This document shows, piece after piece, positions 27,355 through 35,387 of a DNA stretch of 64,000 bases. This DNA comes from Acidobacteriota bacterium (GTDB taxonomy: Bacteria > Acidobacteriota > Thermoanaerobaculia > UBA5066). Below the pieces are notes generated by a model that was given only the letters and a program-made list of their open reading frames with translations, was not told where the DNA came from and made no database searches. The position numbers and the translations under genes are program-made. Position 1 is the stretch's first letter; each line of letters opens with the position of its first letter. Location: contig JBDTTJ010000001.1 in the NCBI GenBank assembly GCA_039930645.1, positions 2,554-66,553 of the forward strand, read 5' to 3'.

Positions 27355-28131
27355 ATGGACGAAGGGTTCGATCTCCAGAAACTCCGGTCGCTCCGGAAGC
27401 TGACGCGGGCGATCGCGGAATCGCTCCGCTCGGAGCTGAAGGAGCATCTGGGCACGATGACGCTCCTGCTCCGCCCGCGCACGATTCTGGGCGATTTTGT
27501 AGAGGGAGGCCTCAAGGGTGAAGTCAAGGGCTCGGACACCGCCTTCCGCGACCTCCGCAGCCGTTACGAGGTGGTTGCGGGAGGGCGCCCCTATGGACTC
27601 TCGAAGGAGCTGAGTCATCCCATCGAGATCGTCAGCTCGAACGTCGAACTCGTTCCTCTCGAGTATCCGCACGTTGCGAAGGCCGGATCGGAGAGCAAGA
27701 CCGTCACCGTGACGCAGCCGCTCAAGTGGATCCTCACGTACTCGGGTCTCGCGCCAACGCGCCTGAGAGACCTCCTGGCCGCCAAGACCCCTGACGCGGC
27801 CCAGGTGAAGGACGTGATCCTGCATGCGCTGGTCCTCGACACCGTCCTCACGAGGCAGCCGGGCCTTCTCGCGGTCTTCGAAGCTCTTCGTTTTCCGATC
27901 GTCACGGAGAAGCTTCCGGGCCTCGGGGAGCTCCCGGTCACGTGCATTTCCTCGAGCGTACGGACGGTGCGGCCGCCGGACGACGTCCTCATCGAGAGCA
28001 CGGAGATCTCGGGTCTGAATGCGTTCGAGGAGGTCGTGAACGCCAAGGACATCGTGGAGATGCAGGACCCCTTCCGCGAGAAACTCCTCGAGGTCATCCG
28101 CGAGAACGCCCCGGAAGCGCTGAAGGGCTGA
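27355..28131 (+). CDS. hypothetical protein, paralogue B of the tandem pair
   Basis: 258 aa. ATG with a GGAGGA RBS. Homologous to the preceding gene. Confidence 0.55.
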   Translation: MDEGFDLQKLRSLRKLTRAIAESLRSELKEHLGTMTLLLRPRTILGDFVEGGLKGEVKGSDTAFRDLRSRYEVVAGGRPYGLSKELSHPIEIVSSNVELVPLEYPHVAKAGSESKTVTVTQPLKWILTYSGLAPTRLRDLLAAKTPDAAQVKDVILHALVLDTVLTRQPGLLAVFEALRFPIVTEKLPGLGELPVTCISSSVRTVRPPDDVLIESTEISGLNAFEEVVNAKDIVEMQDPFREKLLEVIRENAPEALKG

Positions 28132-28134
28132 CCT

Positions 28135-28956
28135 CTAGACGCCGGCGTCGCGGATGGCGGGTCCCGCGTCCATCCCTTGGCCGGTTCTCAGCGCCTGCGG
28201 AGCCGGTCGGGTCATGACCGCGGTCCAGCCACCGAAGCCGGTGTGATACCGGATCCGGTTCCGCCAGGGCCACGAGTGCCAGTGTTCCACTCGGCTTCCC
28301 AGGCCCATGAGGTCGCCTCGCTGCCACTCCTTTTCCCCGTAGCACATCACCGCGTTGCCGTCCCCCGAGCACCGCGCGCTGGCGCGGTTGACGTGCGAGA
28401 GGCCCAGGAGGTGGCCGATCTCGTGCAGCGCCGTCTCCTGAAAGTGGGCCTCCGGCTTCCCGGGTTGCGGCACGAAGACCTGGGGTGTCGTGTCGTCGGA
28501 GTCCAGCTCGCCGAGTCGTGTCTCGCGCCCCATGTCCGAACGGATTCGCTGTCCGGGCACAGGGTTGATGCAGTTGATGCCGATGCGGGCGTGCTCGGGC
28601 CGGTCGTGCAGCCAGAGCGTGAGCCCGCACTTCACGTTCGGCCGGTGGGTCGGATGGGAGTCCGGCCAGTCGAGGTCGCTGAAGCCGCGCGGCGGGACGA
28701 GCCAGAACCGGTCCCGGAAGAAGCCTCGGACGTCCCTGTAGAACGAGCGGCGGAACTCTTCCCACTGATAATCCTCCCACCGGAGGATCTGCACCACGGC
28801 GCCCGTTGCGTCCGCGTAAAGGCCGGTGGAATCCGGCTCGACGCGGTTGAGGTAGATGCTCAGGATGAAGTTGAGATCGGCGTTGCGGCCCGCGCTGCGC
28901 GCGGCCGCGTAGAGGTGCGAGTCGAGCACGGGTCCCCGGATCCATTCGCGCACCAT
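28135..28956 (-). CDS. metzincin-type zinc metallopeptidase (matrixin-like HExxHxxGxxH), no signal peptide
   Basis: 'ALHEIGHLLGLSHV' and a Met-turn candidate 'AVMCY'. The N-terminus is not hydrophobic. Confidence 0.55.
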   Translation of the reverse strand: MVREWIRGPVLDSHLYAAARSAGRNADLNFILSIYLNRVEPDSTGLYADATGAVVQILRWEDYQWEEFRRSFYRDVRGFFRDRFWLVPPRGFSDLDWPDSHPTHRPNVKCGLTLWLHDRPEHARIGINCINPVPGQRIRSDMGRETRLGELDSDDTTPQVFVPQPGKPEAHFQETALHEIGHLLGLSHVNRASARCSGDGNAVMCYGEKEWQRGDLMGLGSRVEHWHSWPWRNRIRYHTGFGGWTAVMTRPAPQALRTGQGMDAGPAIRDAGV

Positions 28957-29002
28957 GGGTGCCTCCTGGAACTCACCGGCCGAAGCCTACCGCAAGTGCG
29001 AC

Positions 29003-30562
29003 TCAGCCCTCCAGCAGGGCGAGCCGGCCCACGCGCTCAAAGTTCAGCGCGATTCCCTTCTCGACGTCCGCAGCAAGAGCCGCATTCGCGGGGTCACTCT
29101 CCCGGAGGGCCGTCGCCATCTCCGCCGCGATCGTCGCGCGATCGCGGGTGCCGTCGAGCAGAAGGAGAAACGTCCGCACGATGGGATCCTCCAGCTGGAC
29201 CTCCTGGTGCCGAAGGTTCGTCACTGGCACGCGCGACCGCGCCTGGTGCCGCGCGAGGGCGCTCACGCGAGGGCGTTCCGAGACCCTCGTGACGAAGGGG
29301 CTCGAAGAGCTTCGAAGCTCGATCACGTTCGCGCCGTAGGAGGCGAGCAGGAAGCGAAGCAGCCGCGTCTCGTCCTCGGCCGTTGCGAATTGGCCTCCGG
29401 CCGCCAGGACGCGCGCGCGGGCGGCGGCGAAAAGTTCGGGAACCGGGACCCAGCTCGGCCAGATCGTCCCGAGCTCGAGATAGGCGGCCTTCGAGAGAGG
29501 GTGCCGCGTCGTCACCTCTGCGTTGCGGTCGGTCACGAAGCAGGTCGGCGCGTCCGAGGCGGCGTCGGAGTCCTGGGATTTCGGCCGTGTGCTCGCGCCG
29601 ACGTACAGGGAGCGAAGGACTTCGGGATCGGGCGAGGCCGAGAGAGAAACGTCTTCGCGGCAGAGAAGTGTCTGCCGAAAACGGCGGAAGATCAGGAAAT
29701 CTCGGTACTGCTGCTGCAGGATGATGTTCTCGGCCCCCACCGCGAGCATGAAACGGCCGGCCGGGCTGTCGGCGTCCCAGACGGCCATGTCGCAGTAGTC
29801 GGCTTCCGACAGGAACCTGAGCCGGTGCCGGCGCGCGCGCTCGATGAAGTCGACGAACAGGAGGGGTTCGTTGATCTCGGCGAGGTCGTCGTGGAACAGC
29901 ACCGCGTCCAGCTGCTTCTTTTGGTGTTCGAGCGTCTCGTTCAGGATTGCCGAGAAGACCGGCCGCGGCGGCGCGGCCTCCGAGAGAAAGTGGATGAATC
30001 CCCGCGCCTGCCTGATCTTCTCGGCGGTGTCCTCGACGTCCCGCACGTGCCAGCGCATCATCTGACGCATCGCGTTGCGGACATGGCAGCCGGGCAGCGC
30101 GTTGTAGCTCACGTACGCGACGCCGTTCGGAGCGAGCGCCTCGGAGGCGAGCGCGAGCACGCGCTCCTGGACTGCCGGCGGGACCCACGAGTAGAGGCCG
30201 TGCGCGATGACGTAGTCGAACGTGCCGAGAGCCGAGACGTCCAGGAGGTCGGCGTGACGGAGCGCCACGTTCGTGAGGTCGAGAGCCGCGATCTGCGCGC
30301 GGCCGTCCTCGACGGCCGAGCCCGCCGCGTCAATGCCGAGGAAAGTGCTCCCCGGGAGGGCATAGGCCATCGGGATCAGGTTGCCGCCGTTGCCGCATCC
30401 CAGCTCGAGCACGCGACAGCGTTCGGGCGGAGCGGGCCTGAGGCCGTGAAGCGCCGCAATCGTCGCGAGGCGATCCGGATGGGTCTGCGGGAACGCGGAC
30501 CCCGGATACGTGACCGTGTCGTATGGAGTCGGTTCCTTTTCGGACATGTGAGAGGCAATCAT
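29003..30562 (-). CDS. class I SAM-dependent methyltransferase with C-terminal methyltransferase-regulatory domain
   Basis: 'VLELGCGNGGNLIPMA' (motif I), 'DYVIAHGLYSWV'. C-terminal region about 300 aa. Confidence 0.65.
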   Translation of the reverse strand: MIASHMSEKEPTPYDTVTYPGSAFPQTHPDRLATIAALHGLRPAPPERCRVLELGCGNGGNLIPMAYALPGSTFLGIDAAGSAVEDGRAQIAALDLTNVALRHADLLDVSALGTFDYVIAHGLYSWVPPAVQERVLALASEALAPNGVAYVSYNALPGCHVRNAMRQMMRWHVRDVEDTAEKIRQARGFIHFLSEAAPPRPVFSAILNETLEHQKKQLDAVLFHDDLAEINEPLLFVDFIERARRHRLRFLSEADYCDMAVWDADSPAGRFMLAVGAENIILQQQYRDFLIFRRFRQTLLCREDVSLSASPDPEVLRSLYVGASTRPKSQDSDAASDAPTCFVTDRNAEVTTRHPLSKAAYLELGTIWPSWVPVPELFAAARARVLAAGGQFATAEDETRLLRFLLASYGANVIELRSSSSPFVTRVSERPRVSALARHQARSRVPVTNLRHQEVQLEDPIVRTFLLLLDGTRDRATIAAEMATALRESDPANAALAADVEKGIALNFERVGRLALLEG

Positions 30563-30623
30563 AGAACGGAGACTTCGCGGAACTCTGCCGCGCTAGACTT
30601 GGCCCCTTCCCGAGGAGGCCGCG

Positions 30624-32123
30624 ATGTCCAAACGCCCGCCGTCCGGCAACGTCGACGTGAGGCTGGGAAGCGGAACCCAGGCGTCGGGGGAGCCGCTCGA
30701 TCCCGAAATGCCGTTTCGTCTGCTCGTGCTCGGCGACTTCGGCGGCGCCGGCAGTTCCCCGCTCGCGACACTCAGACTGCATGCCATCGATCGGGACGTC
30801 CTCGAAGAGGAGCTCGAAGGTCTCCAGGCAGCGATGGACGTGCCCCTCGGCGGAGGCCAAACCGCGAAGATCACACTCCGCGATCTCGACGACTTCCACC
30901 CGGACCGCCTCCTCGAGCGCGTCGACGCCCTCACGGACTTGCGCAAGACGCGCGCGCGGCTCGAGAACCCCGCGACGTTTCGCGAGGCGGCGGGCGAGGT
31001 GCGCGGGTGGGCCGGTCCTCCTCCGGCGCGACGCGAGGGAGCCGCGGCCACGGCGCCCGCCAGTGCGGAGGACGACGTCGTGGGCGAGCTCCTCGCGGGG
31101 GCCTCGCGGCGGGCGAAGGCCGCGGATTCCGCGTTCGAGGACGAGCTGAAGGCGATCGTCCGGCCCCATCTCGCCCCGGAGGAGGACGCCGACCTCCCCC
31201 GTCTGAAGGAGGCGGTGGACGAGGCGCGCGCGGGGCTGCTCCGCGCGATCCTTCGCAGCCCCCGATTCCGGGAGCTCGAAGCCGCGTGGCGCACTCTCGA
31301 CCTGCTCGTGCGCCGGGTCGGGGACGAGTCCGTTCGCGTCTTTTTCCTCGACGTGTCGCGCGCGGCGCTCGTCGAGGACATCTCGAGTCACGAGAAGCTC
31401 TCCGGCACGGGTCTCTACCGGCGCCTGGTGACCGAGACGCTCGGCACGCCGGGTGCGGAGCCGTGGGGCGCCGTCCTCGGGCTCTACGACTTCGGTCCGA
31501 CGCTCGCCGACGCGGCGCTGCTGTCGCGCATCGCCAAGATCGCCCAGGCGGCCGGGGCTCCCTTCCTCGCGGGCGCGCGGCCGGATCTCGTCGGGTGTGC
31601 ATCCCTCGCCGGGACACCGGACCCAGACGACTGGAAGAAGTCCGAGGACGACGGAGCGATCATCTGGGAGGAGCTCCGCGTCCTGCCCGAAACCAGCTGG
31701 GTTGCGCTCGCCCTGCCGCGCCTCATGTTGCGCCTCCCGTACGGCGCGAAGACCGATCCGATCGATGCCTTTCCGTTCGAAGAAATCCCGGATGCTCCGG
31801 ACCACGACGCTTACCTCTGGGGGAATGCGGCCGTCGCGTGCGCCCTCGTCCTCACGCGTGCGTTCGAGCTGGGAGGGTGGGACCTCAAGCCCGAGACGGC
31901 GGCCGAAATCCGGGGTCTGCCCGCGCACGTCTTCAAGGACGGTCTCGAAACGCGGGTCACTCCCCCGTCGGAGGTCGTCCTGACTCTCCGAGCCGCGGAG
32001 AGGATCCTCGAGGCCGGGCTCGTTCCCGTTCTGTCGCTCAAGGGCAGCGAGAGCGTGCGCGTCGCGCGCCTCCAGCCGATCGCGAGCCCCCTCCGCGCCC
32101 TCGCCGGGAGATGGCTGCGCTGA
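30624..32123 (+). CDS. TssB-TssC fusion-like sheath paralogue (single-chain, truncated)
   Basis: The N-terminal ~150 aa align with TssB/VipA of this same cluster ('PFRLLVLGDFGG...IDRDVLEE...DDFHPDRLLERVDAL' against 'PFVVGVLGDFSG...IDRDNFDQ...TDFEPDQVVQQVEPL'). Residues ~220-470 align with the TssC core ('LPRLMLRLPYGAKTDPIDAFPFEE...YLWGNAAVACALVLTRAFELGGW...GLPAHVF' against 'LPHTLMRLPYGKDTNPVESFNFEE...YLWGNAAYSYGTRLTEAFALYNW...GLPAHTF'). Confidence 0.6.
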   Translation: MSKRPPSGNVDVRLGSGTQASGEPLDPEMPFRLLVLGDFGGAGSSPLATLRLHAIDRDVLEEELEGLQAAMDVPLGGGQTAKITLRDLDDFHPDRLLERVDALTDLRKTRARLENPATFREAAGEVRGWAGPPPARREGAAATAPASAEDDVVGELLAGASRRAKAADSAFEDELKAIVRPHLAPEEDADLPRLKEAVDEARAGLLRAILRSPRFRELEAAWRTLDLLVRRVGDESVRVFFLDVSRAALVEDISSHEKLSGTGLYRRLVTETLGTPGAEPWGAVLGLYDFGPTLADAALLSRIAKIAQAAGAPFLAGARPDLVGCASLAGTPDPDDWKKSEDDGAIIWEELRVLPETSWVALALPRLMLRLPYGAKTDPIDAFPFEEIPDAPDHDAYLWGNAAVACALVLTRAFELGGWDLKPETAAEIRGLPAHVFKDGLETRVTPPSEVVLTLRAAERILEAGLVPVLSLKGSESVRVARLQPIASPLRALAGRWLR

Positions 32124-32139
32124 CGGCGCCGGCCGGCCG

Positions 32140-32691
32140 CTAGGACCAGCCCCAGAAGTGCACGTACTTCTGCGGATTCCGGCCGGCCTTGAAGGCCTCG
32201 GGAGAGGCGAAGATGAGGGGATTGCCGATGTCGAGAGTGGAGTGCCAGTCGAACACGTAGATCCTGTCGTTCGTCACGGTGACGGCCGTGGCGGTGTGAA
32301 AGTCATGCGGCGGATCGCTCGGCGTACGGTCCACCGGGCCGGCGCCGATCAGGAACTCGTAGCCCGGCTTGCCCGCGACGCCGGTCAGGACCCGCGCGGT
32401 GGCCTCGGCGACGCCGGTGCAGGCCTGTTTGGCGCCGAGCCGCTCCCAGTGGTCCTGTGTGCGCTTTCCCGCCTCCGGAAAGCCAGCCCAGCTCTGGACG
32501 GCCTTGTCCGCGCCGGCCACACTCATCGTCCAGGCGTTCGCGAAGTTCCGGGCCGTGCCGGCATGGCCGATCGGCGAGAAGAACTTGAACGCGCTCACGC
32601 TCGGCAGCAGCACGCCGCACTGCTGATCGCCCCGCACCGCTCTGACGATTGCGTCCGCCATCGCGCGGGTGAGGCCGTATTCGTTCGCCAT
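32140..32691 (-). CDS. small hypothetical protein with ordered Cys...His...Asp candidates (possible papain-like amidase / T6SS effector-like)
   Basis: 183 aa with no signal peptide. 'GDQQCGVLLP', 'HDFHTATAVTV' and 'DRIYVFDWH' occur in an order consistent with a papain-like fold. Family not recognised. Confidence 0.3.
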   Translation of the reverse strand: MANEYGLTRAMADAIVRAVRGDQQCGVLLPSVSAFKFFSPIGHAGTARNFANAWTMSVAGADKAVQSWAGFPEAGKRTQDHWERLGAKQACTGVAEATARVLTGVAGKPGYEFLIGAGPVDRTPSDPPHDFHTATAVTVTNDRIYVFDWHSTLDIGNPLIFASPEAFKAGRNPQKYVHFWGWS

Positions 32692-32720
32692 CGCAGCGCC
32701 CTCCGCCAGCCCTTGCCAGT

Positions 32721-33983
32721 CTAGTACGGCTCCCGGACGGCCGAGTGGCTCGCCGCACCCTGCGGGAAGACCTCGAGGTCCGGAGGACGGCCCTTCCAGC
32801 TCCCGTCGAGCGTGCCTCTCAAGCGCGCCTCCCAGAGAGATTCGCGGTCGAGCACGGCGAGCGCGTCGGGGGAAGGCCCTCGTGACACGTCGTGGCCGCG
32901 GCACCAGCGTGTTCCCCTCGCGGCATCCGGGCGCCGCTTCTCCCACGCCGCGCGCGCCTTCCGTTCGTCGGGCAACGGCATCTCGTCGAGGAATTCGGCC
33001 TCGAACGCGTCGGGCTCCTTTCCGTCCGCGGGCGGGACGACCGTGCGGCGGCCCGAGTCGACGTCCTCTCCGGTGATCTTCGTGAATGCCTGCCCGGCGA
33101 ACGCGGACGCCGCGAGGTCGAGTCCACCCATGGCGTGGAGGAGAGTCTCGACCCCGGCGGGATGGCCGAGGACGCCGAGGACCCGGTAGCGCTCGGGGCC
33201 GCTTCCGACGTCCTTCACCCACGCGAGGACACGCTCGAGATCTGCCGCGTCTCCCGTCGCCGCGACGAGGTACATGGAGTCCGCGTCCGCGCCGCCCGCC
33301 CCCCTCCGGCCGCGGCGGACGTCCTCGAGCGCCCAGGTCTGCCGACACCAGAGCGCCGCCTCCCGCGCGGCGGCGCGCACCCAGGCGTCCGGGTCCGAGA
33401 GGCCGCGCTCCCAGAGAGCCCGGCTCTGGGGAAGTGCGGCGAGGCTCACGACACGCCACGCCCTGCGCCGGACGACGGGCTCATCCGACGCGAGCCACGC
33501 CTCCTGGGCGCGGCTGTCGGGCGCCAGGCGGCCGCGCAGCGCGAGCGCCTCGGCGGCGGCGACGGAGCGCATCGGCGGCGCGGCGGTCACGGCTTGCTGC
33601 AGGCGCGAAAGCAGAGCATCGGCCGGGCCGTGGGCGAACGCCTCCGCCAGCCCGTCGGCGCGTGGACCCGACACGGAGGCGAAGGCCTCCCAGACGCGGT
33701 CCACGCTGCCCGGAATCCTCGAGCGCAGGAGGCCGAAGCCGGCGGCGAAGGCGGCGTCGGCGTCGTCCCCTTCCAGGCCCGGACGGACGAACGCGTCCAG
33801 CTCGTCGCCGGCGATCAAGAGACCCTGAAGATGCGCCTCGATCCGCTTTTCGAGCCGCGCGAGATCCCGGGGCATGAAACGCGGCGACCGCAGCGCCCCG
33901 CGGCGCTGCCCCCACAGGAACGCGAGCTCCTCGAAGTGCTCCTCGACGAGGTCGGGCAGGAACTTCAGCGAAGCGTCGGTCAT
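32721..33983 (-). CDS. HEAT/PBS-lyase-like repeat protein
   Basis: 420 aa. Repeated 'DxDAWVRAAAREAAL'-type HEAT units such as 'SDEPVVRRRAWRVVSL' and 'SDPDAWVRAAAREAALW'. Confidence 0.45.
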   Translation of the reverse strand: MTDASLKFLPDLVEEHFEELAFLWGQRRGALRSPRFMPRDLARLEKRIEAHLQGLLIAGDELDAFVRPGLEGDDADAAFAAGFGLLRSRIPGSVDRVWEAFASVSGPRADGLAEAFAHGPADALLSRLQQAVTAAPPMRSVAAAEALALRGRLAPDSRAQEAWLASDEPVVRRRAWRVVSLAALPQSRALWERGLSDPDAWVRAAAREAALWCRQTWALEDVRRGRRGAGGADADSMYLVAATGDAADLERVLAWVKDVGSGPERYRVLGVLGHPAGVETLLHAMGGLDLAASAFAGQAFTKITGEDVDSGRRTVVPPADGKEPDAFEAEFLDEMPLPDERKARAAWEKRRPDAARGTRWCRGHDVSRGPSPDALAVLDRESLWEARLRGTLDGSWKGRPPDLEVFPQGAASHSAVREPY

Positions 33984-34002
33984 CGCAGGGGCGCGCCGCT
34001 TC

Positions 34003-34434
34003 TCAATTGAGGGAGACGGCCCCGCCCTTGATGCGGTTCATGCGTTTGGCGTGCGACACGAGGTCCTTCCCCTTGATCAGGATTTTCCCGTCGGCGCGAA
34101 TCGTGATCGAGCCGTCGCCGACCCGGAGGACAAGGCCTTTGCGAGCCTCGATCACGAGCGTGTCGGGAATCTCTTTCGGGGGCACGGGATCTGCGCTCGG
34201 GCCGATCCGGCCGAGGACGACGCCGTCGTCGGGGCGTCCTGCGGGCAACCAGACGAGGACCCGATCGCCGACGGCCAGCCCGACCGGGACGTCGGCGGTC
34301 TGCAGTTGGCTGCATTCCGTCACGGAATTGGTCGTGCCCTCCAGTGCGACGAGGAGTCGTCCGTCGCCACGAATCTCCATGATCCTGCCGAGCACGCCTG
34401 CGGAGACGGTGAATGTGGGCGTCTCCGTCTTCAT
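34003..34434 (-). CDS. small gp5/VgrG-tip-like protein ('mini-spike')
   Basis: 143 aa. The C-terminus 'GDGSITIRADGKILIKGKDLVSHAKRMNRIKGGAVSLN' parallels the VgrG C-terminus of this locus ('GDASITLKKDGTIQIKGKDITISG...'). The N-terminus is OB-fold-like. Confidence 0.4.
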   Translation of the reverse strand: MKTETPTFTVSAGVLGRIMEIRGDGRLLVALEGTTNSVTECSQLQTADVPVGLAVGDRVLVWLPAGRPDDGVVLGRIGPSADPVPPKEIPDTLVIEARKGLVLRVGDGSITIRADGKILIKGKDLVSHAKRMNRIKGGAVSLN

Positions 34435-35387
34435 CGTTCCTCCTTCTTGGACTCCATCCCGTCGGAGACTACGACGACCGCCGAGCTCGACGCCGAAAGC
34501 AGCGTCTTTCGATCGATGACCGTCGCGCGGAGCGTGGACGTTCCGGCCGTCTTGCCAGAGAATCGGAAGACGTTGGCATCTTCATGGGCGAGGCTGAGCC
34601 GGTCGTCCGGATCTTCGACCTTGAAGAAGACCGCGTCGGGTTGCTTCGACGCCAGTCGGACCGTGACGCGAGCCTCGTCGCCCACGTGAAGCCGTGACGG
34701 GTCCACGACCAGCTCGGCGATGCGCGGGATTTCCGAGGCGACCGTTCCAAGGTGGCTCTCCATCTGTCTCTGAAGGTCCCGCGCGAAGACGAGAAGATCG
34801 ACCCCGCTGTCATCGGCGTCGACGGAAACGCAGACGTTCGCGTAGACCCAGATGAGGGTGGGAACCTTCGGATTCACGTGGGTGATCGCCAGGTCGCCCA
34901 GACCCGTCGGCCCCGCGACATAGGGGATGTCGACCGTCATCGTTCGGCCGGCCAGCTCCACGAGGCGCTCGCGCGCCGTCCGCGATCCGGAACTCGACAC
35001 ATGAATTTCGACCGTGAAGGTGCCGCGGTCGTTCCGCGCCTTCTGGACGCGATACCCCTCGCCCGGAGCGTCGGACGTGACGAAGTCCACGAGGCGGCGC
35101 CAGCCGCCGTCTCGCAGCCCGGCGCCGGTCTCGAGGTCGGGCCATTCGAAGACGACGTCACCGCGGCCCCCCCCTCCGGACGCGAGGAGCTCGAAGCCGA
35201 TGGCCTTCTTGAAACGCTCTACCCGGCTTTCTTCTCCCATCGCCTTCCTTTCCGGAGTCAGGGCGCAGCCCGGTGCGCCGAGCAAACCGACCGCGAGGAC
35301 GAGCGCGAGCCTAGACGACGTCGCGGACTCCGGCGCACCACTGCATGTCCTCCACGCGCCCCGGCCGCAAGTTCTGGTAGGCGGCAT
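34431..35387 (-). CDS. putative lipoprotein/periplasmic protein. Candidate immunity protein
   Basis: Hydrophobic 'LALVLAVGLLGAPGCA' segment after a 26-aa basic N-region. The annotated ATG overlaps the upstream gene by 77 nt, so the start is uncertain. Confidence 0.4.
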   Translation of the reverse strand: MPPTRTCGRGAWRTCSGAPESATSSRLALVLAVGLLGAPGCALTPERKAMGEESRVERFKKAIGFELLASGGGGRGDVVFEWPDLETGAGLRDGGWRRLVDFVTSDAPGEGYRVQKARNDRGTFTVEIHVSSSGSRTARERLVELAGRTMTVDIPYVAGPTGLGDLAITHVNPKVPTLIWVYANVCVSVDADDSGVDLLVFARDLQRQMESHLGTVASEIPRIAELVVDPSRLHVGDEARVTVRLASKQPDAVFFKVEDPDDRLSLAHEDANVFRFSGKTAGTSTLRATVIDRKTLLSASSSAVVVVSDGMESKKEER

